From Thiotrichaceae bacterium (GTDB lineage: Bacteria; Pseudomonadota; Gammaproteobacteria; Beggiatoales; Beggiatoaceae), in contig JAABRD010000041.1 in assembly GCA_011391085.1 (NCBI GenBank), forward strand, positions 1-46,447: a stretch of DNA of 46,447 nucleotides, read 5' to 3'. Below, piece after piece: positions 45,683 to 46,447 of the stretch. Both the position numbers and the translations under genes were made by a program. Position 1 is the stretch's first letter. Each line of letters begins with the position of its first letter. The notes below the pieces were generated by a model, which was not told where the DNA came from, did no database searches, and worked only from the letters and a program-made list of their open reading frames with translations.

Positions 45683-46378
45683 CTACCATCCTGGGCAAAA
45701 GGAAACTAGCACTTCATCCAGAGGCGCAAGATACTCCCAATACCCATCAAAAGCGTAATAGGTGTCGCGTTGATAAGTGGCCAGATAAGACTCACTGGCA
45801 TATTGACCACATGGGCCACATTGATAGAGGGCATAATAACGGAAGTAAATAACACTCCCATAACCGTCATCAGTTTTCTCTGTCGTGCCGGGTCCTGGGA
45901 AATAACTGGGATACTGGTTTTCGATGCAACCAAAGAAGCGATTCGAGTCACGTTCATCCGAAGTCCCACCACCACATGTAGGACTCCTCTTGCAAGCCGC
46001 GATGATACCCGGTAAAATTCCATCTAACTCATCCCTATACAACCGTTCCTTTTTGTTCCAACTTGACGGGATGAGACCGCTGTGGTAAGCGTTACCCAGG
46101 ACCTGCCTGATGGAGTCAACAAACTCCTGTTTGCGCACAAATCGAGAGGTATCGTCATTGCACACAGTACAATTGGAGATGTTTATCTGACTTTCGGAAA
46201 GGGCATTGCGCACCGTGCGTTGAGAAGCCAACTTTTTCGGACAATCTGGAGGAATTTCGATGACGCCTTTTCCCTCCCCATTGCTGTTTACCAATGGTTT
46301 GCCGTTTTTTCCAATAAATTGGATGTCTTGGCCACCAGTACATTGTGTTATAGCATTTCTCACTTGATTAACTATCAA
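45683..46378 (-). CDS. Hypothetical Cys-rich protein (231 aa)
   Basis: A long ORF with ~14 Cys (CPDCP, CTVCNDD, CKRSPTCGGG, CGPCGQY). No recognisable family. The start is uncertain. Confidence 0.45.
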   Translation of the reverse strand: MIVNQVRNAITQCTGGQDIQFIGKNGKPLVNSNGEGKGVIEIPPDCPKKLASQRTVRNALSESQINISNCTVCNDDTSRFVRKQEFVDSIRQVLGNAYHSGLIPSSWNKKERLYRDELDGILPGIIAACKRSPTCGGGTSDERDSNRFFGCIENQYPSYFPGPGTTEKTDDGYGSVIYFRYYALYQCGPCGQYASESYLATYQRDTYYAFDGYWEYLAPLDEVLVSFCPGW

Positions 46379-46447
46379 CTTCTAAGATAAAATAACTTAA
46401 ATGTTAACTTTAATTTGAGAGGAATTTTTTATGAAAGCTTATCCAAC

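Noticed and set aside
1-46447. HindIII sites (AAGCTT) 3 bp from the left end and 8 bp from the right end of the window
   Set aside because: Probably reflects a HindIII-delimited cloned insert or a coincidence of windowing. No biological meaning is assigned.
46431-46447. Apparent gene start (GAGAGG-N8-ATGAAAGCTTATCC) at the right edge
   Set aside because: Only 17 nt are inside the window, so it cannot be evaluated.

Overview
This 46.4 kb window looks like a gammaproteobacterial chromosome segment. The evidence is an E. coli-like RNase R N-terminus, a small LptM-like lipoprotein immediately upstream of lysA, and an AsmA gene. GC content is moderate. A tentative guess, not verified, is a large sulfur bacterium (Beggiatoaceae-like). 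The window is very dense in miniature inverted-repeat elements from at least five families.

Ordinary genes:
- RNase R (rnr)
- tRNA-Leu(CAG)
- proline iminopeptidase
- LptM-like lipoprotein plus diaminopimelate decarboxylase (lysA)
- periplasmic alpha-carbonic anhydrase
- MazG-like NTP pyrophosphohydrolase overlapping asmA
- arsR-acr3 arsenite module
- Uma2/DUF820 endonuclease
- soluble hybrid histidine kinase (REC-HisKA-HATPase-REC-REC)
- dCache-PAS-adenylate/guanylate cyclase-REC sensor

Accessory content:
1. A near-full-length homolog of the eukaryotic major vault protein, bracketed by repeats.
2. A translationally coupled ABC-type ATPase plus small TOPRIM (DUF4435/RloB-like) pair, which is a candidate PARIS/AbiL/split-OLD-like antiphage module. 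A 488-bp MITE sits in its ribosome-binding region.
3. A tandemly duplicated toxin-first module of a PIN nuclease followed by a small NYDL-motif protein. One PIN copy is decayed, and the modules are bounded by hairpin repeats.
4. Three large secreted proteins share an unrecognised ~110-aa C-terminal domain with motifs HVGQ and GYRLxxG(T)xVFNG: an 8x PPC-repeat protein, a 1860-aa cadherin-like/Calx-beta/Ig-like adhesin carrying two copies, and a 370-aa ASH-like protein.
5. A 1109-aa secreted double beta-helix/Sel1-repeat protein.
6. A pilin-like ORF with an aberrant N-terminus.
7. A small PAN/apple-domain gene cleanly split by a MITE with an 8-bp target-site duplication.

The main MITE family has 22-bp terminal inverted repeats (GGTAGTGATGCAATNTGGGTGA) and makes 8-bp target-site duplications. 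It repeatedly occupies promoter or RBS-proximal positions, and one copy carries a 5x expansion of an 81-bp internal unit.
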